A stretch of 64,000 bases of DNA from Macrostomum hystrix (lineage: Eukaryota; Animalia; Platyhelminthes): contig CATNEN010000039.1 of NCBI GenBank assembly GCA_950097015.1, forward strand, positions 12,338,001-12,402,000. The letters run 5' to 3'. Of the stretch, positions 22,801 to 34,745 are shown in pieces. How positions within the stretch are numbered: the first letter of the stretch is position 1; every line of letters begins with the position of its first letter. The translations under genes were made by a program, and so were the position numbers. The notes beneath the pieces are model-generated. The model had not been told where the DNA came from. It saw only the letters and a list, made by a program, of their open reading frames with translations, and searched no databases.

Positions 22801-25800
22801 GTCTTACTTCTCCCCAGGAGCCAATTAGCCAACTCAAGCTCATCATAGTCGAATCGACTCACCATGTTCTTCACTAGATTGTAGCCAGTGTTGTAGGTCC
22901 TAGAGCCGCCAGCCAGGACTCGATGATGAGGCTGCGTCTCGGTGCCGTGCAGTATCAGCTCCAGCTCCTTTAGATGACCGCCTTCGTGATTCTGGCCGCT
23001 GTCAGACTTGAAAAAACGTGGGGACGAATTTGTTTATTTTACAACTGGATGAACTGAAGAAATTCTAGGAATGTCTTGCTCTAGGACAAAAATTGCTTCT
23101 CCCATGCTGGGATTCAACTATACCGACCTCTCGTTTAAGGAGTTTAGAGCTCAAACTAGGCCAACAACTATCCTAAAGACTATGCTTTCTCGGCTCTGGA
23201 TTTAATTCGGTGTGCGCCTATTTCCCCTCTTTTTGCTCTCTCCATCTCTCAGTTTGTTATAATTAGAGTCACGTGCGGGCCGCGATTGGCTGGCCCGGGC
23301 TGGTGGGTGAGGCCGAGGTGGGTGGGTGTGTGGCGCCGAGCCCTAGGTCAGCTTGACCCTCAGGGCTTTTTTGACCCTCATGCGCGGTGATTGGCCGAGA
23401 GCCGGGTAAGACCGGAGAGCTCTACCCTGCCCTCTGTTTGGGGCAGCTGCGCCGACACCCCTCCCTCCCGGCGTATTTATATGTCATACCCCACTGCTCT
23501 TCTGTCGCAACGCTGACGTTCTCTTAACGTGACGTTTCAGATTTTTTAGATTAAACAACCTGGTTTTTCCAACCTGCTTACCTGGTCCTCGATGTCCACT
23601 ATCCAATCGCCAGCTGGCTCCTCGCCCCAGAAGTGCACGGTCATGAAGGCCCAGGAGGGTAGGCCGCTGTTTGACTTGTCGTGCTTGCGTCTAGTCAGTA
23701 GCTGGCTCCGAGTGCCTGTGATTGAAGTTTACGTGTCATTTTGGCATTCTACTATACTACTATTAGTATCATTCGGGTGCTTTATTTCTCACCAGCCGGA
23801 GAGGTGATGCGGATAGCCAGGGCTCCACGTTCGGGGTAGGTCATGTTGACCCTGAGCTGCACGTGCTCCAGGTAGCGCACATTCTCTTTGAGCTCATCCT
23901 GGTCCACTGTTAGTACGCAGCGAATCGAGCGAGATTTGTGTAGACGCCTGCCAATTTTATAAAGCGTAGTTTATTTCAGAAATGTACTTTTTATCTACAT
24001 TGAATGTACATATGGGAAATCCGGGTAACGTACATTGAATGTACATACATACGTGAAAATCTACATTAAAAGTGAATTCGAAAACCCTAGAAACCCCAAT
24101 CATGCTAGCATAGCTTACCATCCAGTCTTGCAAGTCCAACCGCCTAGCGCGGCAGTTCTCTTGCCGGGCACATTCCTCCAAACAGATGGCTTCACCAGTT
24201 CCACCATGGCGTCCACATTGAATAGGCCGAAGCCGAACTGGTGATGAAATTTGTGCCCAGCAGCGTTCTGATCCCATCCGGGATTTTGCAACAGCGGAGC
24301 CACCTCGGCCGTCCAAACAATCACATGCTGAACGTCTCGATAAGTCAGTTTCGGACTGTTAATCGGAACAGGTTTGAATGTTTTTATATCGCGTCCCTAT
24401 CTGAAATATGGAATTCCCTCTGTTAGGGAACCCCTTCTACTCTTATTTCATTGGCTTGGAGCTACGAGTATAATAGACTTGAACTTAAAGGAGGAAAGAA
24501 TATTAAGTCTAGGCACTCTCTACCAGCGTGACAGTCCACTTCGTTTTTATTGGCTGGGTGGGATACACTGACGTCATACAGGGCGTGTTCGGATTGGCTA
24601 CTGAAGGACAAACTAAAAATATCATCAATATTTGACTGTTAAACAGAGAGGTATTTCAATAATCACTTTAATTTCTTAAGGTACTTTATGACGCCACAAT
24701 CTGAAACGAGGAATTCCCCTATTACGAAGAACACAATTTTCTCTAATTTCATTGGCTGGAAGCTGCAGGTTAGACCTTGATGGGAAGGACAGCTTTCAGA
24801 TCACTCTCTACAGGCGTGGCAGTTTGTGTAGAAGTACAAATATGTACTTCTACTGCAAAACGGAACAATCGACACGAACTCACTTGGCCTCCAGCAGCAG
24901 AGCGATGATGCCAGACGCGATCGGCGCAGACGCGGAGGTACCAGTAAACTCGGTTGTGCACTTGTGACGCAAATCTGTGCTCACCATCTTCTCGCCGCTC
25001 TTGGAGCCGCTTGAGAACGTGGTAGCCAGGGTCGCGGCGCAGTGCTCCGAGTACCTGAATGAGTTACCGATTTGGAGAATAAACGCCTATGCTCCAATTC
25101 TTTCAGTGTTACTAATAGTAGAGTAGTTCGCAAATATAGTCAGCTACTCTTGCTAGTCTAAGCCAAATCAGTTCCCGCTCGCACCATGGTGGCAGCAGGC
25201 CGTGCGTAGCGCTGCTGACGGCGATGGTGAAGATCGACGAAGCGTAGCCATCGCAGTTGCAGTTGTCGTCAAAGGCACCGCCGTTGCCCGACGCCCAGAC
25301 GTACACGGCGCCTTTGCCTTTGCGACCATGCCGGGTGCCAGCCTCCAGAGCCTCAGCGGCCAAGGGGCCCGGCGCCTCCATGGTGGCGCCATCGTCAGTT
25401 GGACCCCAGCTAGCAGAGTAGATGTCCACGTAGTCCAGAGCGTGCCGCAGTCCCTGCGCCTCCAGCAGGTCGCTCATTCGACCGTCGAGTATTTTGACGC
25501 CGCCAAGGCGAACGTTGAACGCGATGCCGACGCCGCAGTGCGAGTTGTTCGCCGACATCGCCACTTCTCCGGCGCAGCGGGTGCCATGTCTGATTAAATG
25601 GTGCGGGAGGCTGGCAGTCAGTGATTTCTGATGCACAATAAAATACAAAATACTAAAACTGAGGCCGAACACAATTTGCTATGACACCTGATGACCAGCA
25701 CAATACCACACCTAATGACCAACACAATACCAGGACACCTGATAACCAGCACAATACCACACCTGAGATGACCAACACAATACCAGGACACCTGATGACC

Positions 25801-28800
25801 AGCACAATACCACACCTGATGACCAACACAATACCAGGACACCTGATGACCAGCACAATACCACACCTGATGACTAACACAATACCAGGACACCTGATGA
25901 CCAGCACAATACCACACCTGATGACCAACACTATACCAGGACACCTGAAGACCAGCACAATACCACACCTGATGACCAACACAATACCAGGACACCTGAT
26001 GACCAGCACAATACCACACCTGATGACCAGCACAATACCACACCTGATGACCAACACAATACCAGGACACCTGATGACCAGCACAATACCACACCTGATG
26101 ACCAACACAATACCAGGACACCTGAAGACCAGCACAATACCACACCTGATGACCAATCCACTACCAGGACACCTGATGTCTAACACAATGCCCCACCTCT
26201 TTGATCTACGAGAATGTCGCAAACCTTTCGTCCTCAAGATCTACATATTTTGGCAATGGGTCGTTCGTATTGTTGTTATAGTTGTAGCTGGCCCTAGCGT
26301 CGTAGTTTGCTATCAGATCCGGGTGGTCGCGTTCGAGACCATCGTCGACAACGGCGACTACAACGCCGCGACCGGTCAGGTTTCGTCGCCAAGCGGGGAT
26401 CACGTGCAGATCCAGCTTGGGCTGGCTCGGACTGGTCCTGGTGTCGTGCAGGTACCACTGGCGCGGCCACAGGGGATCGATAAATAGGTGATTGGCGTTG
26501 CGATTCAGCTCGGCTGGCGAGAAGTCGCTCACGTCACGTTGCAGACCTTCGTGGATGACTCTAGCAGACTGAAATGGTAAAGATACTCTCCTTATCAATA
26601 CCCTTCTGATCGATACTCTCCTGATCGATACTTTCCTGATCGATACATTCCTGATCGATACTCTCCTGATCGATACTTTACTGATCGATACTCTCCTTAT
26701 CAATACCCTTCTGATCGATACTCTCCTGATCGATACTTTCCTGATCGATACATTCCTGATCGATACTCTCCTGATCGATACTTTACTGATCGATACTCTC
26801 CTGATCGATACTCGCTACTCTCCTGATCGATACTCTCCTGATCGATACTCTCCTGATCGATACTTTCCTGATCGATACTTTCCTGATCGATACTCTCCTG
26901 ATCGATACTCTCCTGATCGATACTCTCCTGATCGATACTTTCCTGATCGATTCTTTCCTGATCGATACTCTTCTGATCGATACTAGCTACTCTCCTGATC
27001 GATACTAGCTACTCTCCTGATCGATATTAGCTACTCTCCTGATCGATACTCTACTGATCGATACTAGCTACTCTCCTGATCGATACTAGCTACTCTCCTG
27101 ATCGATACTCTACTGATCGATACTAGCTACTCTCCTGATCGATACTCTACTGATCGATACTAGCTACTCTCCTGATCGATACTCTACTGATCGATACTAG
27201 CTACTCTCCTGATCGATACTAGCTACTCTCCTGATCGATACTCTACTGATCGATACTAGCTACTCTACTGATCGATACTAGCTACTCTCCTGATCGATAC
27301 TCTACTGATCGATACTAGCTACTCTCCTGATCGATACTCTACTGATCGATACTAGCTACTCTCCTGATCGATACTCTACTGATCGATACTAGCTACTCTC
27401 CTGATCGATACTCTACTGATCGATACTAGCTACTCTCCTGATCGATACTATCTACTCTCCTGATCGATACTAGCTACTCTCCTGATCGATACTAGCTACT
27501 CACCTGATCGATACTATCGAAAGTGCAGCTTCTAAATCGTGGACTTACCCGGTCCATTTCTAGAGGCCTTTCAAACGGCATAAAGTCACGCTTTGATCGT
27601 GTCACCTCAGATTGGTAGGACACCCAGGATACCTGGGAGAGATTTATGAATTTCACGAAGTTAGACATGATGAAGGTGCCTCTTCATAGGTGAAGTGACT
27701 CTCCATTTACCTCTGGATGCCGTTGCAAGCTCCGGTGAACCAGCTCGTGCAGCGCTAGTCCGCCACGCTTCTGACGTCTCATTTCACCTGCTGGCGAGTC
27801 GCCACTCAGCCTGAGAACAAACTTATTCCTTAGGTGCGGAATCTGTCAATGTGCACATTTTTGTACAGCTTTTCACGTATAACATTCGTTTTTTGATCGA
27901 AAAAGGCAGCAGACGTTAATTAAATCTGGGATAAGGAGAATATTTAGAACTCCCTGGATGACACATGACAGATCTGAGACGGGACAAAGACAAGACTTGT
28001 TGGATATATGAGACAGATGAGACTTACCGGAGAGATAAGATAGGTGAGAGATGAGACACGGAGAAATAAGATTGGCAAGAGATAAGACAGGTAAAAGATA
28101 AGATAGGTGAGAGAAGAGACACGGGAGAGATGAGACACGGGAGAGATGAGACACGGAGAGATAAGATAGGGGAGAGATGAGACAGCTAAGATGATTAAAC
28201 GGGTGAAACGCGTGAGAGACAAGACAAGATCTAATATCAAACGAACATAAAATTCAATGATGCAGCTGTCAATCAGGTCCATTGACTCAGTATTTGAGAA
28301 TAAACTGTGGGCCCCTTCACATTGTTCGTGCAAAGTTAAAATGGAATGAGTCCCATTATGGACACAGGTAGATTATCTTCACGGGCATTCATCTCAAAAC
28401 GGATGCTTCCATTTACTTAAATATCCTCTTGATTAGGATATACTGAATAATTCATTCCCCCCAGTCTATTAAAACTCTATTTCCTATTTCCCAAATGAGT
28501 AAATTAAATTTCCTGTCGCAGGACTAAGTCCGGAACGCTGCCTGAGTTGCCTCCCAGGTCTTCGCTGCCAAAGCAAATCCAGAATTTCTTTCGGTATTGC
28601 ATCTTTTGAATTCCACGGTTTTGCTTGAGAATGGATTTTACTCTTTTGTAAATATGACTTGCTTGACATTTTCAGTTGATAAATAAATTATGTAGAATGC
28701 AGTACAGTGAGGCAGAATGCAGTACAGTGAGGCAGAATGCAGTACAGTGAGGCAGAATGCAGTACAGTGAGGCAGAATGCAGTACAGTGAGGCAGAATGC

Positions 28801-29314
28801 AGTACAGTGAGGCAGAATGCAGTACAGTGAGGCAGAATGCAGTACAGTGAGGCAGAATGCAGTACAGTGAGGCAGAATGCAGTACAGTGAGGCAGAATGC
28901 AGTACAGTGAGGCAGAATGCAGTACAGTGAGGCAGAATGCAGTACAGTGAGGCAGAATGCAGTACAGTGAGGCAGAATGCAGCACCGTGAGACCGTGAGG
29001 CAGAATGCTTTGAGCCGCTCACCTGTCCATGAAAGTCCAAGCTGTGGCTGGTGGCGACACTCCTGGCGGCTTTCTCGCTGCCTACCTGGACAACCCACAC
29101 GTGGTGGTGCTGCAAATAGCCAAAGTTACAACATACATCATAAATGATAACTTGAATGTACATGCACTGTCTATATGCAGACTCGTTACTAGTTCTCTCT
29201 ATTTTGACAATAAGCTAATACCTCCGTTGTCCCGGCAGACAGCAGTGGCATCAGCAGCATAAGCAGCAGCAGCGGCGTCCATAATTCAAAGTATTTCAAG
29301 GAGCTCGTTGCCAT
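19890..29314 (-). CDS. PCSK1: Proprotein convertase subtilisin/kexin, PC1/3-like (neuroendocrine convertase 1); 12 exons
   Basis: Minus-strand exons 29314-29222, 29109-29023, 27842-27711, 27632-27549, 26568-26225, 25589-25185, 25054-24884, 24355-24119, 23947-23793, 23715-23582, 23006-22863, 20039-19890 (last exon inferred from phase and splice sites only). Signal peptide, prodomain ending RSKR, VVDDGLE, HGTRCAGE, ASGNGG, GTSASAP, and P-domain LEHVQL..FWGEEP are present. PKLDLHVIP and VWT....L..NPGW are PC1/3-like. Confidence 0.9.
20180..21408. repeat. 32-bp purine-rich minisatellite (GGGTTTGGGACAGAAAGGAAAGAAGACAGGAA)
   Basis: Direct reading. Confidence 0.95.
22080..22720. repeat. 7-bp polypyrimidine repeat (TTCCCTC)n
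   Basis: Direct reading. Confidence 0.95.
23092..23170 (-). mobile_element. Degenerate CORE-like SINE fragment in a PCSK1 intron
   Basis: The reverse complement reads ..GAGGTCGGTATAGTTGAATCCC..TTTTTGTCCTAGAGCAAGACA, similar to the other copies. Confidence 0.45.
25682..26190. repeat. Alternating 24/27-bp minisatellite (GACCAGCACAATACCACACCTGAT / GACCAACACAATACCAGGACACCTGAT), PCSK1 intron
   Basis: Direct reading. Confidence 0.93.
26581..27515. repeat. 15/22-bp minisatellite (CTGATCGATACTCTC / CTGATCGATACTAGCTACTCTC), PCSK1 intron
   Basis: Direct reading. Confidence 0.94.
28693..29008. repeat. Near-perfect 20-bp minisatellite (AGTACAGTGAGGCAGAATGC), PCSK1 intron
   Basis: Direct reading; ~15 units. 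Confidence 0.96.
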
Positions 29315-30585
29315 CGCCTCTTCGTTTTGCCGATTGTTGAATATAATTTTCGGCACAGATTTTCCTATATATAAACGGGGAATATTTTTCTCCTGTGGAA
29401 TTTCAACTGTGGGGCAGAGTTATTTTGCCCCCGGCGCGGACTTTTCTTCACTGAGCCTGCGATAGCCGGTTCTGCTGTCTTTTAATAATCGCCATAAATG
29501 GTAGACTCAATGGATTGTTGGGCCAAGGCTTCGAGAGTTTGTTTGCTGGTTGCCAAGGTAGGGGTGGGAGGGGTACGTGTTGCAGCAAAAGCTTGGCGGT
29601 AGTCTTCAGCTGGCCCTGATCTTCTTCCGGTGCATTGTCAGCCCCCTCACCTGCCATGCGCCAATCAGATCAGAACAGTAGCTTATTTCTCTTCTTTTCA
29701 ATATTCCTCTGACTCTACTTTGCTTTCAAATCTACTGTTCATGAGCTCTAAGCCTAATTCTCACCTGCCTTTGCCATTTTCTACATGTAATAGACACGTG
29801 AGAGTACAGGTAAGAGACAGGTTAGAGTCCATCTCACGTGTACTCTCACTCACCTTCTCATCACCTGTACTTCGATCCCATATTTCAGGTACAGTACTCT
29901 ATACCGATGCATTTTATTCTGTACTCGTTTAGCAGGCCAGCTTTATAAGTAGTAAATAGTTAAAATAAATTGTAAAATGAACAATTGTTTATACGCTCGT
30001 ATAGCAGTGTATGTAAGCCACAACATGTATTGTAGTGCACTACTTAAGTAGTATGTAACGCGCGCTTGAAAACCCATTTTGTATGTGGTCAGTTCATACG
30101 CTTTTAAAGCAGTTTCGAGTTAATATACTATCTATAGACCGGGTTTTTTTTATTGAGCGAGACATCAAAGCATTGCTTATTGTTGGAGCTACGTGTGGCA
30201 ATCGACTAATATAATGTTGTGCTAGAAAACTTATCGACTGGTATAAATGCCGTAGGCATGCAGTACTAAACCAACGGATTGTATTTGTGTGCTAGCTGCA
30301 GTGATTTTGAGACTTCCGCAGAGTAATTATAGCTATAAATATGACGATCCGTAAAGTAAAAATCGCGTGCACTGAATACAGGCGTCCCATTGTGTTGTGT
30401 TTGAACAGGTTGTTCTTTATATAAAAAACAGAAATGGGCATATGTCGGTGGTAGTATAGAAAGTAACTATTATTTCTGTCCGCCATATATTGTCGCGTCC
30501 ACATATAATTCTAACTCAATATCGATGCGCAGCTTGATAAACGGAATAAATGGGCTAAAGTATATGTTCGAATATTCTATATTAT

Positions 30586-30780
30586 GCAGTGGTTAGAGCG
30601 TCGGACTCATGACTTTAAGGTCGGGGGTTCGGTAACGGACTTCATTGGAACAAATTGTGTCCTTTAGCAAGACACTTAACTCTGTAAAATGGAAACCAGC
30701 AATAGCTGGGGTATTGTGACGTGGGGTAATTAAGTGTGTGGGTGTGGCGTCCCCCCAGTCCATGGGCAACCCCAGACTGA
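30586..30780 (+). mobile_element. tRNA-derived SINE with CORE-like domain
   Basis: tRNA-like head (GCAGTGGTTAGAGCGTCGGACTCATGACTTTAAGGTCGGGGGTTCG), then TGTGTCCTTTAGCAAGACACTTAACTCTGTAAAATGG resembling the MIR/CORE domain. Related copies occur at 54640, 55265 and 23092. Confidence 0.75.
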
Positions 30781-32441
30781 CTATATTATGATTATTTCCA
30801 TAATATATGAATAACATGTGCGGCGTCACTGTTAAGCAGACTTATAAATAAAAATGACAGGATAGTGTGACGATTAAACACAAAGGACGAAATCGAAGTC
30901 TGAGCAGCGGCAATTGTAAGTTCGGCAATTCAAAGTCAGTAATGTTGGTGACGTAGCGGTAGCACTTTTATTCCGTATGCACTGGGACGTCGACAAGCAG
31001 GGTGTAATGTAAGGCGTAGGAGCTCGTAATGGTGAGTGTCGGAACCGAATGTAGTGGAGTGTAGTGAGTGAGAAAAGTCACGGCACGAAACGTAGAAGAG
31101 CGAGAATGGCGATAACGAAAGTGAGGAAGAAAGAACCAGTGGAGCGCAGAACCAGCCGGAAAGAAAGAACCAGAACCAGTGGAGCGCGAGCGGGCCGGAA
31201 GCCCTTGGTTAAGTAAACTAGGCTGATTGAAAAACAAAGCGATCGATACTTCCGGCCAACCAGAGCTCGCACGCTCATTGGCCGGGGGGGAAAATACATT
31301 ACGATACGCGTAGTAAATAGCTAGAGTGGCGCGATATACGTTTATGGTTACTGACAGTAGCGCACTAATAATTTGACTTTGAGCGCACTAATATAAATTA
31401 ACAGAATTGGATAATATTATACGATGAGTTAAAACGGCCCTCGCAAGTACATAATTTGGAAATTAAGCATATAATTAACGCATAGAGTAATATTGTAGGG
31501 GCGCAGGGGTGCCTTCAACAAGTGACAACGTCACAATAGTATTAAAACTGCCGATTTACAAAAAATTAAAGACGCTCTTACAAATTTCAACAAAAGTTTA
31601 CTTTAAAGGCGTTTAAAATAATTGACTGCAACGTTGCATTAAAAATGCGGTTCAATATATAAAATCAAGGACCACTAGAAGAAGACCACTTCTTCCGCAG
31701 TCAGCAATCAGCATAGTTAAACAAATAAGCATCCAGTTATTACAAGGGTCCTTTAGTTATTTATGCAAAGACATTTCCGGTTTGTTTTAAAAGTTAAAAC
31801 AAAGAAAACGCATTACGCTACAACTTGTTATTTCAGAGAAAAAAAACTACAAAATTTTACTACAAAATGATAAACGCTTATAAGTCTGGTGATACATTTT
31901 TGCCATTAATAGCACGTTGCATCACGACGTGCAAGTCCCTGAATCGGTCGTGAGGCGCGAGTCCCATGACACAGGCGGGCTGGTTTCTGTGCATGTTCCA
32001 GTTAAAAGTACATCACGTGATTTGTGCCTTCAAGACATAATGTTATGTTAATTAGCTAGCTTAGGCAGATAGGTAGGTTATTGCGCTTAGCAACTTTGTG
32101 CAGCGAATGACCTATCCAAAAAGCCTAACTTCAGCGAAATCAATCCTGAAGCCAGTGAAGGAAATTTTGTGCCTCCATAAACTTTTTAAGTCAAGCTCAA
32201 GAGTATATTATATAGAGACAAAGTGCATATGCCTCTCATTGACTTAAGCATTATTCTTAATTCTTAAATCTAAAGTAAAAATGGCGTTTAAATCATTATC
32301 ATTAAAAGAAGTCACATTCTTTTGTTGCCAAAGCTAGTTGGCTAGCCTGAATGTTGGTATTTGTATTCTTTCTATTAGGCGTATAATATTTAATAAGGCC
32401 TAGGCTATATAATAGGTAGCTAGGGCCTATCTAGCTGAGCA

Positions 32442-33244
32442 AATATTGGTTTTCAACTTCTATCTCAAACTAAGTAACTTCTATTTTGCCCGGCGGCTCT
32501 CCAGCTGGCGTTAGTATTTAAATAGTAACTTCATTTTCACCCGTGGGGAGGGGGTGCTCATGTGTAGGCCTACCTGATTAGTAACTTCAATTTCGTCTGC
32601 GAGACCAGCCTGCCCAAGTTAGGGTAAATCAATTTCACAAAAAGTAACTTCTATTTCATCTCTTCAGCACAGGGATTTGTGTTTGTGTCCACTCTGTGAA
32701 ATATGGACTTTGTCCTTGCCTTTGAACTTCACGGACGCTTCCTCTGACTCCGCCACAATTATAAGAATTCTGTCGAGTCTCAAGAGATTTATGGCCTTGT
32801 GAATTTATGACCCTATTGCACAGAATCACAATAAAAATTCAGCCAATTGGATAGCACTGACACTTTCGCATTCAGCCACTTTTGAAGCTTCAATCTCCAT
32901 AAGTCCATATAAGCTCTTTTTGTTGTTTGTCTCCCACTTGGTGTCTTGCCTGAGACTTTTGCAATATATATTAAAAGTACAGGCCCATCATGGGCTATAT
33001 TGATGTTTAAAGGTAGATGAAAAAATGCAAGCCGAAATAGAAGTTACTTTTTGTGAACTGGATTTAGGCCTACTCTAACTTGGGCAGGCCAGTCTCGTGG
33101 ATGAAAATGGAGTTACTAATTGGGTACACATGAGCACCCCCTCCCGTGGACAAAATTGAACTTACTAACACCAGCCATAGAGCCGCCGGGCAAAATAGAA
33201 GGTAGAAGTTATTTAGTTTGAAATAGAAGTTATAAACCAATATT
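32442..33244. mobile_element. Foldback/MITE-like element with ~215-bp imperfect terminal inverted repeats
   Basis: 32442-~32657 is the reverse complement of ~33034-33244 (AATATTGGTTT..CTATTTTGCCCGGCGGCTCT..GGGGGTGCTCATGTGTA..GCCTGCCCAAGTTAG..CACAAAAAGTAACTTCTATTTC). No coding capacity inside. Confidence 0.8.
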
Positions 33245-34745
33245 ATCATTGAGCAAATTTAGCAGATTTTGTGCTGAACTGAAACTTATATTTGTAATAT
33301 TACTTAAACTTATAGACAAGGCTAATGTTAAATCCCTCTATTTGGTTTTAGTTGCTAGTTTGTTGTTTTAGTTGCTAAATTCAGCTAGTTTGTCCAGATG
33401 TAGTAGGTAGGCTAAAGTTAAATACACCATGTGACTAGACCCTACCCTACCCCTACCACATGAGTTGCTGAACTGTCGTGGTTGAGCCTGCTGCTGTCAA
33501 TCTTGTAGGCCTAGGGATAGTAGTTGATCCTATTGCTGTCATTGTCAATTCTATCACAGATGGTGGTATTTGCAGAACTATATGCCACAGATCTGGGACC
33601 CTTTGTGATAGGCCTCTGGCAGAGCTGACATTGCCTGCCTAGTGCCAAGCCAAGACCTTTAGTGTTTACAAGAATGAGCTAAGTGCTATAGTCTAGATTA
33701 TATAGTACAAGCCCAAAATTTTGGTATACATTTGTGTTGTCTGCCAGAAATTTGGCATGCATGATAAATGTGCATTGAACTAGACCATATACTCGTATGT
33801 GCAACCTCCCAAATCTTAGCCAGCTGTGCGACTTAGTTTTTGCTCTATTTACGACTTAGTTTGCTCTCATTTGCGACTTAGTTCATTTCATTGCTCTATT
33901 TACAACTTAGTTTGCTCTCATTTGCTCTCTTTTTCTCTCCCCTTTTTTCTTTTCTTCACGCCTTCCTTTTTTGTCCCTTGGTCCCCCCTTTGATTTCTTT
34001 GTGCTTGGTCAATTGGTTTTTGCGACTTACCTTTACCTTGCTTCTATATCTAAGTCTAGCTGGCTATATTGATGATATCGGTAACTGTCTAGCTGATAAC
34101 TTGATAACTTGGATTTTGGATGCTGCTTGCAACTTAGATTTAAAGTCATTTGTAGGTGTTGAAAAAGTTTTCTATCATTCCTTGGCCTAACCAGAATTAT
34201 TTTCTGATTATGGCATTCGAGTATTATAAGTGTTTAAGACACTTTTTCTCGGAAAAGTGTTGTACAGAAAAAGGTTTGTGTTTTTGTCTTTTTTTATTTA
34301 ATTTTTTTCTGATAACACTGGTGATAATAGAATTTTATAATATTATGTAATATAGAATCGATTGATTCCCCTACTGGTTTGTTATTTTAATGATAGCTTT
34401 AGATATAGCCTGGCCTATTTTTCTACTATCCTTGGTTTGTGTCAATATAATTATGTAGACTAGAATTTATTTTGTGTCCAAGAATAATCATTGGCTCTTG
34501 CCCTTTAAAGTAGCAGTAAGATTATAGACATAATGAATAGCTTTGAAATATTAGATAAATGAAAGAAAGCTAATTATAAATAAAATACTCTTGCTTTTTA
34601 TCATTCTTTTTTTTCAGCAGGTCTCATTGCTAATTTCAAGCACAATATTCCACTTAGCTTCCCTGCTAAGGAAGTAGATTAAAAATAAAACAAAACAAAG
34701 ACTTGAAAACAAAGGAACAGTTGTTGAAGCTCTTCTAGGCAAACA

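Noticed and set aside
22668-22862. PCSK1 reading frame continuing past 22863 into a Lys/Glu-rich tail
   Set aside because: A strong ATG|GTGAGT donor is present, and the read-through runs into the (TTCCCTC)n repeat. Splicing to 20039 is more plausible, though unproven.
30586-30650. tRNA gene (CAT anticodon-like) and similar heads at 36888, 54638 and 55265
   Set aside because: No intact acceptor stem or cloverleaf, and each continues into shared SINE body sequence.
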